DNA from: Octopus sinensis
Lineage: Eukaryota
NCBI RefSeq assembly: GCF_006345805.1
Contig: NC_043007.1
Location: 2,728,001-2,792,000, forward strand
Direction of reading: 5' to 3'
DNA length: 64,000 nt
The notes under the pieces are model-generated. The model did not search any database, was not told where the DNA came from, and saw nothing but the letters and a program-made list of their open reading frames with translations. The position numbers and the translations under genes are program-made. Shown piece after piece: positions 1 through 11,960 of this stretch; within the stretch, counting starts at the first letter, position 1, and the number at the start of each line of letters is the position of its first letter.

Positions 1-324
1 ACAATGGCTGAGTGTGAGTGTGTGCGTGTATCACTGTATCGACCAAGCCATTAGACGCTGTTAACCACCGCTGGTCACAATGCGCTTCGAATTTTGTCAT
101 GTTTGCGCCATTCTTTTCCATCTTGCGACAATTCATCTTACTATGTTTGTGGTGGCTTTGCAAGTGCTTCTTCTCCGCTTCTTGCAAACCATATGTTAGC
201 TGCAGAAGTCGCCCAAACGTCTCTGAACTCGGCAACCTGTTCGTCCAAGCGGAATTACTGCTTTCAGTACTTTGCGATTACATCGATCGCTCCGTTATGT
301 TCTTGAAATTACAAAATTTCATCT

Positions 325-492
<168 letters not shown>

Positions 493-632
493 GGAGCAGC
501 TTTCCGCCCAGACATCCAAAACTCCGAGTTTTATGACAACCGAATAATTGTCACATATATATTACAGATAAATTCCTCCATTTACATAATATCGAGGTTT
601 CCTTCATTCTTTTGTTGTCTTACCATTACTAT

Positions 633-676
<44 letters not shown>

Positions 677-1155
677 CTTTCTGTTCACCCCCATGTTGCA
701 CTTCTGTTGTCAGTTTGTGCTTTGCCTATCTGTGTGATTAGATAGGTTGTAAATACACCTACTGCTAGGATTGCTGTTGTTCAGCATTGGATTCCTGAAG
801 TTCCTGTCTCAATAGTTTCAAGCATAAGGTGTATACCCAATAAACACTGCCATGCTTTAAAAGTTTGAACTGAGTAATATAAGGAAGGTTTACATAATAT
901 TTGCATCGGGCCGAGATGCAGTGTATCGGCTCGAATTATTATCGACGTTTAAATTTAACTTCTAAAAATAAATACAGAACGGTCCCAAGGAATGTTTCCT
1001 ATGATGATATTCTTACATAGACACTCAATGAACAACCACCGAATTAATGACATGTGTTTGTAATTCTATAAATTCTATTCTTTATGATATTACGACTGCA
1101 AACACACAAAGAAAATCTGGTTATATTATTGGTTACGTGCGTATATTAAACATTC

Positions 1156-1223
1156 ATATATATTATATATATATATATATATATATTAATATATATGTGT
1201 GTGTGTGTGTGTGTGTGCATATA

Positions 1224-1263
<40 letters not shown>

Positions 1264-1362
1264 GCATGTATATATGTGTGTATGAAAACTCGTATACATG
1301 TTTATCAATCTATCTATCTGTTTGTCTGTCAATCTCAATTCCTTCTCTGTCGATATATATGC

Positions 1363-1394
<32 letters not shown>

Positions 1395-1560
1395 TATATA
1401 TATATATATACCTATGTATATATATGCATATGTATATATATACATAGGTGTATATATGTGTGTGTGTGTGTGTGTGTATGTACATACATACACATATTCA
1501 TATGTGTATGTGTGTACATATATATGCATGTATGCATACGTATGTATGTAATGTATATCT
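1156..1560. repeat. Compound TA/TG microsatellite
   Basis: Seen directly. Confidence 0.95.
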
Positions 1561-1767
1561 ATTTGGATATGTCTATATATCCAACAATAACAATGATCAC
1601 ATATCGGTCTGTGGCAACAGATTTATTACATTGTACAGCAAATAATAACATTATAACATAGACCAGAAAGACGCCATTATTTACAAAGCTAATCTTGTAT
1701 TGCTCACCACACAATTGCAAAGTATGAATTCCATTCGATGTTCTTCGCTATTTTGGAACGTGTAATT

Positions 1768-2150
1768 TCTATATATATATATAACTGAGAATGTGTGTGT
1801 GTCTGTCTGTGTGAATCCCTAAAACCTGAGAACTACACAACCAATTTCATTCAAATTTTACAGCTGCCTTACTTGGGTCCATGTAGTTTCATGGGCAAAA
1901 AAAGTTTAACTTCTTGCCTAGGGCGGGCCCACAGCAATATCATATCTTCTCCACTATGAATCCCTAAAACTTGAGAACTACAAGACCAATTTCATTCAAA
2001 CATAACACATGCCTTAATTAGGGTCCATGTAGTGTCATGGGCAAAAAAAATGTTTAACTTCTTGCCTAGGGCGGGCCCACAGCAATATCATATCTTCTCC
2101 ACTATTTCAGTATTACGTGTTAAATGTGAAATAAAAACATCTCTCTACTG
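1768..2150 (+). mobile_element. Possible non-autonomous Helitron-like element with internal ~146-bp tandem duplication
   Basis: Starts TC+(TA)n+TGTCTGTC and has an 'aactacacaaccaatttcattcaaattt' motif like Helitron/Helentron-derived repeats (from memory). Duplication 1812-1956/1957-2104 is seen directly. No CTAG end seen. Confidence 0.4.
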
Positions 2151-2976
2151 TGTGTATATGTATACATGTATATAGAGATGTACATGTAATATGTACAGTA
2201 CGACTGTCCAGCAGCCGACAGTCAGCGCTATGTCGACCAGAACTCGCGCTGGGCGACATTGGGCTGACTGACCACAGCTACCAGCCCAACTGTCAGCGCC
2301 ATGGCATTGGTGTCACTATTACAGAGGGCTTGGCATGGCTTCGCTTCGCTTCATCTATCTGTCTGTCTCTCATCCCCCTCTCTCTCTCACTCCCTCTCTC
2401 TCTCACTCCCTCTCTCTCTAAATATATATATGCATGTATCTCTGTACCTATCAATCAATCTATCGATATATCTACCTGTTTTCATGCTTGGTTTTTGTCA
2501 GGATGATGCCGTATGAATTTGGATCATCAATGACCGGGATTGAACGTTCATCACCCGTATTGTACTGGGAGTCAAGTGTCACACAAAGATGAGCTAATCC
2601 AAATAACAGACTATTCAAAACATATTCTATTACGAAATGCAAGAATATGTCCTTGTGGGAAGCGTGCCTCAGTTCAGTTCTATAAATTGGTGTATTACTT
2701 ATGAAGTTTAACCTACAACTACTTCACTCATTTTTCAAGAGAGTACGGCAAATTTGGAGACGAGTATAATACACAGACACAAACACACACACACACACAC
2801 ATACACACACACACACACACAACACACACACACACACACATACACATACACACCACAAACACACACACACAGTATGAAATTAGTGCAGGCTACTGGGAGC
2901 AGTGTAAACTGTATAAGCAAAATTTAGTTGTCACTAATTGGCGCAAGCGTCTAGTTTTAGAAGTAACAATTAAAAC

Positions 2977-3156
2977 ATAGCTGTGAAAAAGCACATTTAT
3001 ATATACGGACAGGGTAGATAACTGTCCGATGACGGAAGCAAAGCTATCATACTGCACTGCACAGTTTCATCCTGTCAACAGCCTGCCTCCTTTGCTGCGG
3101 TCGTGGGACAGTTATCTCCCCTGTCAGTATATATACATGTGCTTTTAAACAGCTAT
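2977..3156. mobile_element. MITE-like element with imperfect ~70-bp terminal inverted repeats
   Basis: atagctgt..aaaagcacat.tatatatac.gacaggg.agataactgtcc mirrored at the right end; TA at both ends. Confidence 0.7.
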
Positions 3157-3328
3157 AAGTGATTCAACACATATTTCTAGCAATAGACCTGCTTCTAGCA
3201 CTTACAGTCTCAATTTCTGACTATATATATATGTGTGTGTGAGAGAGAGAGAGAGAGAGTGAGCATGTGTATGTGTGTGAGCATGTGTGTGTTTCTGTTG
3301 GCGTGTATATATATATAAGTATATTCAT

Positions 3329-3362
<34 letters not shown>

Positions 3363-3556
3363 GTGTATCTATACATGTGTTTGTGTGTTTCCGTGTAAAT
3401 ATAAGCATATATATATAGTTATAATATATGCATATGCACATACACACACAGACAGAAAAACACACACACATATATGTATATGTGTGCGTGTGCGTGTGTG
3501 CATACCATTATCTCATCGGTATATAAGTGTGTCTCTATATACAAACATGTATATGC

Positions 3557-3588
<32 letters not shown>

Positions 3589-3649
3589 TAAAACATTATT
3601 GTGAATTGAAGAAATGGAGCTGAACGCAGATTGAACAGAAATCGTTTTA

Positions 3650-3738
3650 TTTCATTCTACACGTGTTTTCGAAAGGCACAATTACCAAAATCCGATTGAA
3701 TAATGGGACCATATGTGTCTTTCTCTTCAGGAGAAAAA
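3650..3738 (-). ncRNA. Type I hammerhead ribozyme-like motif (left arm)
   Basis: CUGAAGA 3730-3724; stem II GAAAG/CUUUC; GAAA(A)CACGUGUA. Confidence 0.65.
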
Positions 3739-3906
3739 GGAAATCCGTTGGAAAAACAAAAACAGAACAGAGGCAGAGCAAAAAACAAATCGAACTGTGC
3801 TCCTAAGAGCCCATGGCGAAACTCTTCGCCATGGGCTCTTAGGAGCACAGTTCGATTTGTTTTTTGCTCTGCCTCTGTTCTGTTTTTGTTTTTCCACGGA
3901 TTTCCT

Positions 3907-3994
3907 TTTTTCTTCCTGAAGAGAAAGACACAATATGGTCCCATTATTCAATCGGATTTGGGTAATTGTGCCTTTCGAACCGTGTAGAATGAAA
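3907..3994 (+). ncRNA. Type I hammerhead ribozyme-like motif (right arm)
   Basis: CUGAAGA 3916-3922; stem II GAAAGACACAAU/AUUGUGCCUUUC (11 of 12 bp); GAA[A]C..GUA then GAAUGAAA pairing with the upstream UUUUUCUUC. Confidence 0.65.
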
Positions 3995-4211
3995 TAAACG
4001 ATTTCTGTCAATCTGCGTTCAGCTCCATTTCTTCAATTCACCAATAATGTTTTAATTTCAATTATCCGCACCAACGCACGGTTGCAACGCCAGATGGTTG
4101 TACCTCCAACCGTGCTGTTCACTGCTGTGGATTTTGCTACTAAGGTATCGGTTAAACTTTTGATTAATCTACTACAAGATTATTCATCTTTCTATTTCAC
4201 ATAATTATATA

Positions 4212-4244
<33 letters not shown>

Positions 4245-4845
4245 TCTTTTTATATAGAATGTAGAATTACTGAATGACACTCACTTTGTGTGAAAGTGAG
4301 AGAGGAGGAGTTTGAGGAAATGATTAGAGTGAGAGAAAGGGGGTACAGTTTGCTCGATAGAAGAGACGGCAAATTGAAATATCAAATCCATTATACTTAT
4401 TTACAACTGAATCATTTCAACAAAGAATGTATCTAATATATTTTTATCGCGACAAAGATCAATGGTAATGTTTACATAAATATTAGAATGACAGCGAGTT
4501 CTTAGTTTTATTAACGTCATGCTCCGAGTTGCGTGTTAAGAAAAATGGTTTCAACGGAATTTGAAACTATAGGAATTACAATTACACTACACTGCCTGGA
4601 AGTATACATGTAGTTTAGTTACTGAGAAAAAATGTAAGCACACGCACACATACACGCACACACGTTATTATTTGGTTTTTATGTCAAGTTGGATATTAAA
4701 AAAAATTATCAAAGTCAGATTACTCAATATATTCAGTGGAGCACATCTTTATCAAGTTTTAGAAAAGTTTAACAGTTACCCCTTTCTTTGTAAATGTTAT
4801 TGTGTGTGCTTATATACATAAGCATATAATTTTACACACACACAT

Positions 4846-4900
<55 letters not shown>

Positions 4901-5204
4901 ATATATATTATATAATATGTTACGTACATATTATATCATACCTTGATATTGTGCTGACTAAGACCCCGTTGGTATTTATACAGTGTTAAACACTTTCGGT
5001 ATGCAAATTAGGCACTCCTTCCTTGCTGCATTTGTTGCGTATATAAATACTTTGACTGTTTATTTCCCTGTAGATTCTGAAAATGATGTTTATGCCTCTG
5101 ATGAGAAACCAATAACGTTCGAACATCGATTAAGTTTCTCCACCACGTTTTGCAGTCTGCCGAGAAATGTTTATAATTGTACCATATGTTATGTATACAT
5201 ATTT

Positions 5205-5362
5205 GTGGAGATGCAATGGCCCGGTGGCTAGGGCAGCGGTTTCGTTTCCCAGCCCAGGCTTTGTGAGTGTTTATTGAGCGAAAATAACTAACTTTCCAGG
5301 ACTCTTCGGAAGGAGGGTGTTGGTAGCAAACCCTGCTGTATTCTTTCAACTCAACTTTCTAT
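5205..5362 (+). mobile_element. tRNA-derived SINE family S3, internally deleted
   Basis: gtggagatgcaatggcccggtggctagggcagcgg head, shared with copies at 22.7, 28, 50 and 52.6 kb. Confidence 0.75.
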
Positions 5363-6947
5363 TTCTTCCTGTTTTTGTTACACCTGTAAGATTGCATTAA
5401 AATAATGTGTTTTGGGAGTCGGCAGTTAAGACGAAAAGCATAATAGCGGAGGAGCAATCTTGAAACTGGTGCAGGGAATGGGTGGATAAGACGCTCGCTG
5501 GTTCTGTGTTCAGTTGCATTGTAGAACACCTTAGACAACTGTCTTCGCGTCGGCGAATTTCCTGTGAGTGAATTCATTAGGCATGTATGAATCTATATGT
5601 GTGTACTTGTGTCTTTGTGCTTGAGTTTGCACCCCGAAAACGTTTGACAATAGGTACTGGTTTGTTTACATCACCCCATACTAGCGGTTCGACAAAAGTA
5701 ACCGATTCAATTACCATACTTAAAAATACTATATATAAATACTATATATATACTATATAAAAATATACTATATAAAATATATACTATATACTATATAAAA
5801 ATATATACTATAAATATATAATAAAATATATACTATAAATATATAATAAAATATATACTATAAAAATATATACTATATAAAAATACTATATATATAAGAA
5901 TACTATATATAAAAATACTAGAGGTTCGACAAAAGTAACCAATTCAATTACCGTAATTAAAAATAATTGCTTGACGGTCGATAGGTTAGACTAAAATACT
6001 TTAATATGTAGCTCCTGCCTGGCCGCAAAGAGTGAAAGAAAAAAGATGAAGGAAGGAACTGTCTTTTACTGCTAATGTTTTTTTTATAGAAAGAAGTGAA
6101 GCTTTCATTATCTGGGTGTGGTTAAGAGTCATAACTCTAATCAATATAAAGAAACCGGATAATCGTAGTAAATATGAAAGTGAAAGTGTGAAGTGATTGT
6201 AGTAATGTGTTATTGTCAAATAGATTGATTCTGATTTCAATTGTGCTGCATATATTTCGATGGTAGTAAAACGATGAAGCATCTGTAACAGTACTTTTAG
6301 CAAATATAGTCTATTCAGGGTGAAACTTTTATGTCACACACTTAGCACAATAAATGGTAAAGATAAATACTGCCAGTCAACATTTAACCAGGTTCTTGGA
6401 AGTATTTGCTGTAATTTGACATCGTAACCTCAATATATGATAAAATAAAATAAACATTACATGGGGCCATTGTGTCAGCGATTTCCTGAAAACGAGGCTG
6501 TTTCAGGAGAGTGTTTTCGTCTCAAGTTTTTTTCCCCGGAAAATTATAACCGTATTATTAGTCATCTTGCAGCACTATGACATAATGTTGTTATTTGTGA
6601 GTCTTCGTTGATTGGATAAATGTATGTCAATGGCTTCTGTGAGATTACCGACATTTTAAGTAAGTAACATATTATTACGAAAGAATATATTTTCATTGAC
6701 TGGGTTATGTCGGTGTAGTATATGATAATGTTCATTGTTGAGCAGGACATAAATATGAACCGAATGACGAAACGGAATTTTGGCAATGCTAGGCTGCTGA
6801 GCTGTTCTAAAAATATGCCAATAACACTAATTGATAAAGAGCAATCAATTAGTTAAGAAGTGGGCGATTTCAGGCCCCATAATGATGTACGGACCCACTT
6901 TTTAAAACTTCATATGATATACCGGCAATAAATTGCAATTTATCTTA

Positions 6948-8196
6948 CGAGGGGCGTTCACTAAGTAATGCCCCTGACCCACTTCCCATAGCAGTAGCGC
7001 AACGAAACTTGGCAGTCTTTTTCTACATAGGAACCACCCAGAGTTACGCATTTCTCCCATTGTTTGCTGCAGCTCTGGAGACCGTTTTTATAGAAGACCC
7101 CAGCTTGGTCCTCCAACCTGAACGCGACTTCAGAAATCAAGGCTGCATCATCTGGGAAACGCTTTCTTTTCAAAAACAACTTCATGACTGGGACGAGGTG
7201 AAAATCAGAGGGTGCAAGGTCAGGAAAGTAGGGGGATGGGGGAGGAGTTCATAGCCATATGCCTGTGCTTCTGATCTAGCGAGAAGCGAGTTGTGGACCG
7301 GAGCGTTGTCCTGCAGGAGGAGGATGCCTTTGCTGATCTTGCCCCGCCTCTTGATTTGGATAACTTCTCTTAATTTCCCCAAAAGTGAATCATAATAGGC
7401 TCCTGCAATTGTGGTACCCTTTGCCAGGAAATCTGTGAGCATGACCATGCCAGCGGAGGGCTGCACCCTTGCCTTCTTCGGAGGGGGTGAGTCACGGTGC
7501 TTCCACTGCATTGACTGGGCTTTGGTCTCTGGATCATCGTGATGGACCCAGGTTTCATCCTGTGTAATCAGTCTTTTGAAAAATTTTGATTCATCTTCTT
7601 GGCACATCTCCAAATTCACCCTCGAGCACTCGACGCGTTCTTGCTTCTGGAAAGGCGTGAGCAACCTGGGAATCCATCTGGCAGATACCTTTTGCATATG
7701 CAAATGGTCATGAATGATAGTTTTCACAGACCCGGTACTAATCTTGACCTCATGGGCTATTTGGCGAATAGTTATGCGTCGATCTTCCAAAATGGCAGCC
7801 TCAACTTGACGGACAGATGCCTCATCAATGGCAGAAGGGGGCGACCAGATCTGGGTGCTGTTTCCACAGAGTTCCGACCATGTTTGAATTCACGATGCCA
7901 GCGTTTTACAAGGTCATATGATGGGGCATCATCACCATAAGTTACTTTCATTTCATCAAAAGTCTCCCGTGGTGTGCGTCCTTTCAAATACAAAAACCGG
8001 ATCACTGCTCGACACTCAACAGGCTCCATTTAATACTTGACTCGGTTCAAACACCTGTAACTCAGAAACCACAATTAATTCAGTGCTGTAATTTGTCACT
8101 TACTTTATAGAGATATAAATAATTACACATGCAAAATTTCAGCTAGATCAAACAACTGCAAGTGGGTCAGAGGCATTACTTATTGAACGTCCCTCG
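6948..8196 (-). mobile_element. Near full-length mariner transposon, irritans-like DD34D, with frameshifted transposase
   Basis: ~37-bp TIRs (cgaggggcgttcactaagtaatgcccctgacccac); TA duplication at 6946-47 and 8197-98; motifs RAVIRFL..RSGRP, QDETW, LLQDNAPVH, HPP..PDLAPSDF. Confidence 0.97.
7010..8029 (-). pseudogene. Mariner transposase pseudogene
   Basis: ORFs 7772-8029 and 7182-7790 join by frameshift; the SVFWD segment is deleted. Confidence 0.92.
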
Positions 8197-8282
8197 TAAC
8201 AAAATGAAGCAGCTGTAATATTCAAACATACATTTGAATATTTATTAATTCAACATATATGTAGATATAATTTTCTCCTCTA

Positions 8283-8464
8283 GGTACAAGGCCCGATATT
8301 TTGTGGATGGGACAGTTGAATAGATCGACTCCAGTAAGCAAATGGTACTTGATTTATCGACTCCGAAAAATGAAAGGCAAAGTCGACCTCAGGGGAATTT
8401 GAAATCACGAAATAGCGATAAGCATTTCGCTTGGCGTGCTAACGTTTCTGCCCGCTCACCGCCT
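8283..8464 (-). mobile_element. tRNA-derived SINE family S2
   Basis: Reverse complement of ggcggtgagc.ggcagaaacgttagcacgcc..gagttcaaattcc..gaggtcgactttgcctttca. Confidence 0.85.
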
Positions 8465-8519
8465 TCATATATGTAGATATTTTAAATGGAATATATTTTG
8501 TATGTTTTTGTAGTGGTTT

Positions 8520-8810
8520 CTTGAAGTTTAGAAGAGTCATAGATTAAAGATTCTGGTATATAATCCTTGACTGCTGCCAGTTTTGAATGGAGTCATTTCT
8601 GATGATTTGTTCTTGGTATGACTCCGGTAGTGGAACCGAGCCTCAATGGAACAGACCTCCATATCTAAAGAGAAGAATCGAATTGCGCAGAATTGGCTCT
8701 TGCTTTAGAAGAGCCCAGCATCACCAAGGTTCGGTTTCCATGGCCATTTGATGGTACTGTTCGCTTCCTTGTGATCTAGGGCCATGAAGAAACTGCCATC
8801 ATCGTCTTAT
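8520..8810 (-). mobile_element. Possible decayed L2/CR1-group LINE ORF2 C-terminus
   Basis: Broken frames give RTVPSNGHG..SKARANSAQF and PESYQEQIIRNDSIQNW; weak resemblance only. Confidence 0.3.
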
Positions 8811-10099
8811 GATTACTTAAATGCTAACATTTTTGAAGAAAACAAAATTCTAATTCGCAAACATAAACGATTTTCGATTTTTCTAGTGCAGCTGAATATA
8901 TCATACATTCAATAACTTCCAACCCTGGAAAGTTTATTGGCTGAAAGTTCGATTAAGTTAGCTAGCAATATCTTTTTCATATAGTATCAGAAAGAAGTAG
9001 TGCTCTGTTTCTTTATTATCGGTTGTTCCCCAGATAGTTTTAATACAGAAGCGGAGAGGCGTTAGGCTAAAATTATGTTCTATGAGTGTGACTCAAGTGA
9101 ATTCAAATATCTGTTTTCTGTGATGCGACACAAGTATTCACAAATATTACACTTCTACACAAATACTAATCTATTTTCTTTAAATAATCAAATAACTTTT
9201 GTCATTTTATGAGTTGTAATTGGCCAATAACTGTACTCTATTTGTTCAAGTAAATATATTAATATTGTTGTTAATTTATAAATCTTATTATGTTTCCATG
9301 GAACCGTTGATTACCTAAACTTACTGCAGGAAAAAATATTCGTTTGATGTTCCAGCGAAACATCTAGATTCAAGGAAATTTATCACTTTGAATAATTCCA
9401 TAGGGATGTTGAAACTACTAAATATTGATTTTCAAAAGATTTGTTAGAGTTTGGCAATACTACGATTGAAATTTTCACCCTAAAAGGACAGTCTGTTGAA
9501 ATGCACCGTTCCAAAAAGTGATCGAACTAATCATTTAGATTCAGTACTATCGTTTAGTCACACTTTCAGGGAACTCTGATCTTCCTTCGAATTCTAGGAG
9601 ATTAAGCAGTATATTCTGAATGTACATATTATTATAGCTACATCTCACAGTAGTTCTTTATCTCTGTTCGCTCTGATACTTAACTGAAACTGTGAGCGTC
9701 TTGTCTTCGTCTTAATCTATAAGGTTACATTACCCAATCTGTTCTTTTGTATTCCTAAGTTTTTAATCTCTGATTGTATAGAAGGCTGATTGTTATTTCT
9801 TGCAGGCCGCACGACTTTGTAGATAAACGCTTATTTGTATTCACCGTGTGATGATTTTATTAGTTTTTTTTTCAACATGTTCATAACTCGCTAGTTGAGA
9901 CTACGTTCAAACATCTGTAAACTAGAGTCTTTAATAAATAAACAAATAAATAAATAAATGAAATAAACATACGGGGCAGAGTTGAATTTTAGAAGTACAT
10001 ATTCTGAGATAACTGTTCATTGTAAACTTTTGCAGACGTTCAAAAACTACAGCAACCAGTAGTATTTGGTGCTTCTAGTTTTTCGCTATATTATATATA

Positions 10100-10328
10100 T
10101 TTCTTTGTTGCCCACAAGGGGCTAAACACAGAAGAGAAAAAACAAGGACAGACAAAGGGATTAAGTCGATTACATCGACCGCATTGAGAAACTGGTACTT
10201 AATTTATCGACCCGAAAGGATGAAGAGCAAAGTCGACCTCGGCGGAATTTGAACTCAGAACGTAACGACAGACGAAATTCCGCTAAGCATTTCACCCGGC
10301 GTGCTAACGTTTCTGCCAGCTCGCAGCC
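10100..10328 (-). mobile_element. SINE family S2
   Basis: Same head and body as the other S2 copies. Confidence 0.9.
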
Positions 10329-11150
10329 TATTCTCGCAATAATATATAGTTGATTTTAGTACTAGGGATTATGATAGATTCTTATAGATTTAGTGGCGAG
10401 TTTAAGGCTTGAATTTAAATTTTTTCCTAAAGTTGACAACGTATTGTGCATAACGGTTTCTTGGAAATATGCTGTAGATCTATCTCCCTACCGCTGAATG
10501 TTACACCGTCCGGAAGTGGCTTTGGCGGTGTATTTTTATATAAGCGTTGAAGTTTAGTTCAGGTGTTTAGATTGTGTAAAGGCAGTTTCTGCGTATTAAT
10601 TATTTGATGAATGATGCCATCATAAGCAATATCGGAGTGAGGATCTGTTGTACAGTAACAAGAAACGTGGGATGAAACTTTCCTTAATCAGGGATCAGAA
10701 GGTTTAGTGAGAGCAGTGATGATGATGGTGAGGAAAATGATTGGTACTGAAGCGAGAAATATGTCGAGTGCGCTCGCTAATTAAATGCATGGTGCAGACA
10801 AACAACCATGGTAAATGGTCTTTCCAGTAAGGCCGAGGTATGAGGAACACGTGAGTCATAGAGTCTTTGCGAATTGAAGACGCTTAAGATGGTGAATTTT
10901 GGTGGAGTAGGTAAAATGTATCTTTAGAATTAAGAAAAGACACCAACATTCAAAACAAATTTAGGATACGATATGTAGCCCAGAAATTTGTAACGGATTT
11001 GAGGCAAGAGTCAATAACATAAACATCCCAAACTAATTACAGTAATACATCTATATTTTGCAGGATATATTATCAAAACACCCCAGTGAGAGATAGCAAA
11101 ATAGAATAGCATGAAAAATGGTGTGTGTGAATATATATATATATAAATAT

Positions 11151-11199
<49 letters not shown>

Positions 11200-11257
11200 T
11201 ATATATACATACACACATACACACATATGTGTATGTATATATATGTAATATATATAT

Positions 11258-11297
<40 letters not shown>

Positions 11298-11301
<4 letters not shown>

Positions 11302-11499
11302 ACCTCGTGAGTACCGCTGGCGATTTTTTTCCTCTGGCTTCCCTTCTCGGGATCTTTCCTTCTCTATGTTTCCGACGAAGAGCTCCGCTCGAAACGTTAA
11401 ACCCTCCTTCTTCCCTTCTTTCCTGAGCGTCCAATAATACTTTATTTGTTCCACGTCCCCGCGTTGTTGTGTTTTTTTTGTGTTTTCTTGTTTGGATTA

Positions 11500-11502
<3 letters not shown>
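11298..11502 (+). mobile_element. Short hammerhead-bearing repeat, family A (Penelope pLTR-like), between microsatellites
   Basis: Homologous to 26154-26355 (minus strand); HHR at 11368-11402: GUUU-CCGACGA-A-GAGC(UCC)GCUC-GAAACGUU-AAAC. Confidence 0.8.
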
Positions 11503-11540
<38 letters not shown>

Positions 11541-11546
11541 ATATAT

Positions 11547-11579
<33 letters not shown>

Positions 11580-11873
11580 GTATATAAGAGCGAGCATTGC
11601 TGCTAGTTTATGATTATAATTTACAGGAGCTTTTTTATTTCACATCTTGAAATATGCTTGTTTTCTTCTTTTGTTCGTGTGGTAAACATGTCGGATTACT
11701 GTAATACAGAATTATAAACTATATTAGAATGTAGCTTCTTAAGAAAACAACAAATTGTATTAATCATATAATGGGTCTTGGTTGGTGTCTTATCGAAAAC
11801 AATAAATAATTTAATCTAGTGTCCATAAAGTAATAATGTACATTTATCACTAATAATGATTATTATTATTACT

Positions 11874-11960
<87 letters not shown>

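Larger units (their letters stand above)
3589..4054. repeat. ~460-bp near-perfect palindrome with 4-nt loop (ACTC 3821-3824); each arm carries a hammerhead motif
   Basis: 3591-3820 is the reverse complement of 3825-4052; TA at 3589-90 and 4053-54. Confidence 0.95.

Noticed and set aside
1-275. Open minus-strand frame SSNSAWTNRLP..
   Set aside because: No good acceptor, no recognisable homology, and its distal part overlaps a SINE tail fragment
680-895. Possible solo LTR (TGT..AATAAA..ACA)
   Set aside because: No target-site duplication and no second copy
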